The position numbers and the translations under genes were made by a program. A stretch of 64,000 bases of DNA from Felis catus (taxonomy: Eukaryota), in the NCBI RefSeq assembly GCF_018350175.1, contig NC_058368.1, positions 99,326,001 through 99,390,000 on the forward strand, written 5' to 3'. Under the pieces are notes generated by a model, which worked only from the letters and a program-made list of their open reading frames with translations, was not told where the DNA came from and did no database searches. Positions within the stretch are counted from its first letter, which is position 1; every line of letters begins with the position of its first letter. This document shows positions 60,111 through 64,000 of this stretch, one piece after another.

Positions 60111-60335
60111 TTTTTTTTTAATTTTTTTTTTCCAACGTTTATTTATTTTTGGGACAGAGAGAGACAGAGCATGAACGGGGGAGGGGCAGAGAGAGAGGGA
60201 GACACAGAATCGGAAACAGGCTCCGGGCTCTGAGCCATCAGCCCAGAGCCCGACGCAGGGCTTGAACTCATGGACCTCGAGATCGTGACCTGGCTAAAGT
60301 CAGACGCTTAACCGACTGCGCCACCCAGGCGCCCC
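60111..60335 (-). mobile_element. Young SINEC_Fc-type SINE
   Basis: TSD GCATTCAG(C/T)GTTTT at 60097-60110 and 60336-60349. Confidence 0.96.
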
Positions 60336-61191
60336 GCATTCAGTGTTTTAAGAACATAGTGATCTTTGCCTATTGACAATAGAGATAGAAAGTAGCTGAG
60401 AGAAAGATCATTTAGGTGTCAGGAAAAGGAACATGAAGCCACAATATTTGAGGAGTGATTCCCTTTAATGGGAGGAGACACCAGTTTTGTAAGAAGAGCA
60501 GAAAAGGAGAAAATGACTTGAGAAAGCAAAAATTGGCAGAAGAAGAAAATTAGCATGGGGGAAGCCTTGAATAGTATGTGCTATTACGTGATCGGTAGAA
60601 GCTTCAAATACCCAGAGGTTGGGAACCTTTTTTTGAATTATATGGATGTTACATACTTTCTCCAATCTAAATCTTTTATTCATCCTTTGTCTTATAGGAA
60701 ATGGAATGAACTTTTCTGTGTTCTGTAGACTATAGTAATCAACTGATAAACTTAACAAAATGAACTTACTATCTTGAGGACACTCCCAGAGTGGAATGTC
60801 ATAATTACTCTAAGTCTGTAGTTTGCACTATGGTTCAGTCTTGGTGGTTTACATTTTGTAGGTTTGTACAAATTTATAAGACATATGACTGCCATTATAG
60901 TATCATACAGGCTAGTTTCACTGTCCTAAAATTCTTCTCTGTTCTGCCTCTTCATCCTTCCTACTCCCCAAACTCTGGCAACCACTGATCTTTCACTGTC
61001 TCTAGTTTTTCCTTTTCCAGAATGTCATATAGGTAGAATCATTAAATAGGTAGCCTTTTCAGATTGTGTTCTTTCACTTAGTTGTAGAAGAACCATTAGT
61101 ATTGTTTATGTCTACTGAGCATACACTTCATGAATAATACACATCTAAGTTTTCTCCATATCTTTTGATGGGTTGATAGTTCATTTGTTGC

Positions 61192-61464
61192 TTTATTTAT
61201 TTATTTATTTATTTATTTAACATTTTCTATTTTTTATTTTTAATTCTATTTTTTATCTTATTAAAAAAATATGTTTATTTTTGAGAGAGAGACCTAGTGT
61301 GAGTCGGGGAGGGGCAGAGAGAGAGGGAGACACAGAATCTGAAGTGGGCTCCAGGCTCTGAGATGTCAGCACAGAGACTCAGGTGGGGCTCCAACTCACC
61401 ACTATGAGATCATGATCTGAGGTGAAATCAAGAGTTACATGCTTAACTGACTGAGCCACCCAGA
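61192..61464 (-). mobile_element. Can-SINE with long AT-rich tail
   Basis: GAGACACAGAATCTGAAG..CTGACTGAGCCACCCAG. Confidence 0.92.
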
Positions 61465-62242
61465 CTGATTTATTTTCAGTACTCATTTGTTTTCAGTACT
61501 GGTTAATATTTCATTATCTGGCTGTACCACATTTTACTTATCCATTCAGTTACTGAAAGAACACCTTGCTTACTTCTAGGTTTTGCCAGCTGTGAGTAAA
61601 GCTGCTGTAAGCATTCCCATGTGTAGGTTTTTGTGTAAACACATGTTTTCAGCTCTTTTCAGTCAATACGAAGAAGCACAATGGCTAGTTTGGATAGTAT
61701 GGTAAAAGTATGTTTAGTTTGGTAAGAAACCATCAAAGTGTCTTCCAAAGTGGCGGTACCATTTTGCATTCCCACTAACAATGAATGAGAGTTCCCTTTG
61801 CTCCACAAACATCCTCACCAGTATTTTGTTCTGTCAGTGTTCTGGATTTTGGCAATTCCAATAGGTACGTAGTAGTTTCTTACTGTTGTTTTACTTTGCA
61901 TTTCCCTGATGACATGTGATGTAGAACATCTTTTCATATGCTTACTTGTTTGCTATCTGTATCTCTTTTCTGGTCAGGTGTCTCTCACAAAATTTGACCT
62001 ATTTCTTAATTGGGTTGTTTATTTTTTGATTATTCTATTGTAAGAGTTCTTTTAATATTTTGGACAACCATCCTTTTTCAGATGTGCCTTTTGCAAATAT
62101 TTTCCCCCAGTTTGGCTTGCTTTTCATTCTCTTGACAGTGTCTTTCATAAAGCAAAAAGTTTTAGTTTAATGAAGCCCAATTTATCATTTCTTTCTTTCG
62201 TGGATTGTGGCTTTGGTACTGTATCTCAAAAGTCAACGCCAA

Positions 62243-62459
62243 GGGGCGCCTGGGTTGCTTAGTCAATTAAGCGTCCGACTTCAGTTCAGGCCATGATCTC
62301 GCAGTTTGTGAGTTCGAGTCCCGTGTCGGGCTCTGTGCTGACAGCTCGGAGCCTGGAGCTTGCTTCGGACTCTGTCTCCCTCTCTCTCTGTCCCTCCACC
62401 GCTCACACTTTCTTGGTCTCTGTCTCTCTGTCTCTCTCTCAGAAATAAACATTAAAAAA
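62243..62459 (+). mobile_element. Can-SINE
   Basis: TSD AAAAGTCA(AC/GT)GCCAA at 62228-62242 and 62460-62474. Confidence 0.95.
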
Positions 62460-63835
62460 AAAAGTCAGTGCCAAACCCAAGATCATCTAGATTTTCTCCT
62501 GTATTATCTTCTATGAGTTTTATATTTTTGCATTTTACATTTAAGTCTGTGATCCAGTTTGAGTTAACCTTTGTGAAGGGTTAAGACTTGTATCTAGGTT
62601 CATTTTGTGCATATCAATGTCTAGTTGTTCCCCAACTAGCAATAAATATCATTCCTCCATTTTATTTCCTTTTGCTCCTTCGTCAAAGATCTGTTGACTC
62701 TATTTATGGGGTTTATTTCTGGTCTCTCTGTTTTGTTCCATTTATCTATTTTTCTGTTTTTTTGCCAATATCACACTATTTGGCAATTGTACCTTAATTG
62801 TAATCTTAAAGTCTGGTAATGTCAGTCCTCCAACTTTGCTCTTTTCCTTCATTATTGTGTTGGCGATTCTGGGTCTTTTTCCTCTCCACATAAATTTTAG
62901 AATTAGCTTATTGATATCTACAAATAACTTGCTGGGATTTTATTAAGACTACATTGATTCTATAGTTCAATTTGGGAAGAAGTGACCTTTTGACAAGGGT
63001 GAGTCTTCCAATCTCTGAACAGGAACAGCCATCTTTCCAAGTTTTATTTGATGTTTTTGGGAAGACACAATCTCAGGTTGATAAGGAAATGACAAGCCTT
63101 TTATCAAATCTTAAACTTCTGATTCTATTGTCTTCACTTCCAGTTTTCCTATTAATATTTCCAGGGATACAGTTCTCATAGTAGAGGCAAAATTATGAAC
63201 ATCTCTGAATATAAGCATTGCTGACACTGCCTTCCCTTCTCTTCATCTTGAACTTCTCTTTCTCTACAATTAAATATATATTTTAAGCTTTCATATCACA
63301 TCCAACTATAATTTTTATTCATACTCTTATAGAATATGTCTTCCCTACATGGTTAAAAAAACCCTGTGAAAGAGTCCTCAGTGGGGATGACCCTGGCTGT
63401 GATAAACTACTCTTTAATGGTAAATTGCTTTTACACATAATAAGAATTAACAGCTTTAATGATTTAGTGATTTGCTGTTTCCACTAGTCCAAATGTTTCC
63501 AGCAGAGAGTTAAATGTATTGAATTCTCTAAATGTATATTTCTCAAGGGGATCAGCAGGGCATCAAGAAATAGTAATAATAATTAATAGTATAACTATAA
63601 CAACCTGACATTTTATAGGGATAGAGTGTACAGTTCAGTGACTGACACTGTAATTCTTAATATATTTGTAATGGAAGATAAGTTGAAAGTTTTTTAGAGC
63701 TGGTATTTTCCTAGTTCTAGAAAGAAAGAACATGGTTTGTGAAATCAAGAAAGAAATTGCCTTGCCTGGAAAAATGTCGAGAGCATACCACATATAATTG
63801 AATTTACGCTTATTAATGCATCAAGATATATTCTG

Positions 63836-64000
63836 GGGGCACCTGGGTGGCTCAGTCAGTTAGGCATCTGCTCTTGATTTTGACTCAGGTCATGATCTCA
63901 CAGTTTGTGAGATCAAGCCCCGTGTCAGGCTCTGGGCTGGCAGTGTGGAGCCTGCTTGGAATTCTCTCTCTCCTCCCTCTGCCTTTCTCCCACTCGCATG
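63836..64000 (+). mobile_element. Can-SINE, cut by the window end
   Basis: GGGGCACCTGGGTGGCTCAGTCAG head and body. Confidence 0.93.

Larger units (their letters stand above)
60775..63030 (-). mobile_element. Old L1 (L1MC1/2-like) 3'UTR and ORF2 3' part, with two SINE insertions
   Basis: CTGGCAACCACTGATCTTTCACTGTCTC; CCATTTTGCATTCCCAC..AATGAATGAGAGTTCC; TCAGTCCTCCAACTTTG; AACTTGCTGGGATTTT. Confidence 0.9.

Noticed and set aside
224..64000. tRNA-like A/B box heads and recurring 200-bp units that might suggest tRNA genes or an array
   Set aside because: All are Can-SINE heads followed by SINE body and tail, irregularly spaced with individual TSDs; no tRNA gene, CRISPR array or other prokaryotic system is supported.

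Overview
Mammalian (carnivore, very probably felid) non-coding genomic DNA: AT-rich and repeat-dense, with no recognisable protein-coding exon, RNA gene, CpG-island promoter or prokaryotic-type system. I counted about 52 tRNA-derived Can-SINEs, 8 of them near-consensus young SINEC_Fc-type copies with target-site duplications (TSDs). There are also carnivore and older L1 fragments (including an ORF2 C-terminus at 1.3-1.9 kb), L2 and MIR relics, MaLR/ERV solo LTRs and Tigger/hAT DNA-transposon fossils. Most L1 and LTR fragments lie on the minus strand, which fits an intron of a large plus-strand gene that I cannot name. I found no convincing new biological system. The best leads are: weak candidate exons at 33.9, 36.7 and 48.4-48.7 kb; SINE strand blocks converging on the centre, with a nested inverted SINE pair; atypical L1 insertions (a 49-bp mini-insertion, an internally deleted copy, a 5'-inverted copy); a triple-hairpin segment; and AAGGG-type tracts at SINE tails. 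Repeat family names come from recalled consensus sequences, and boundaries of old repeats are approximate.
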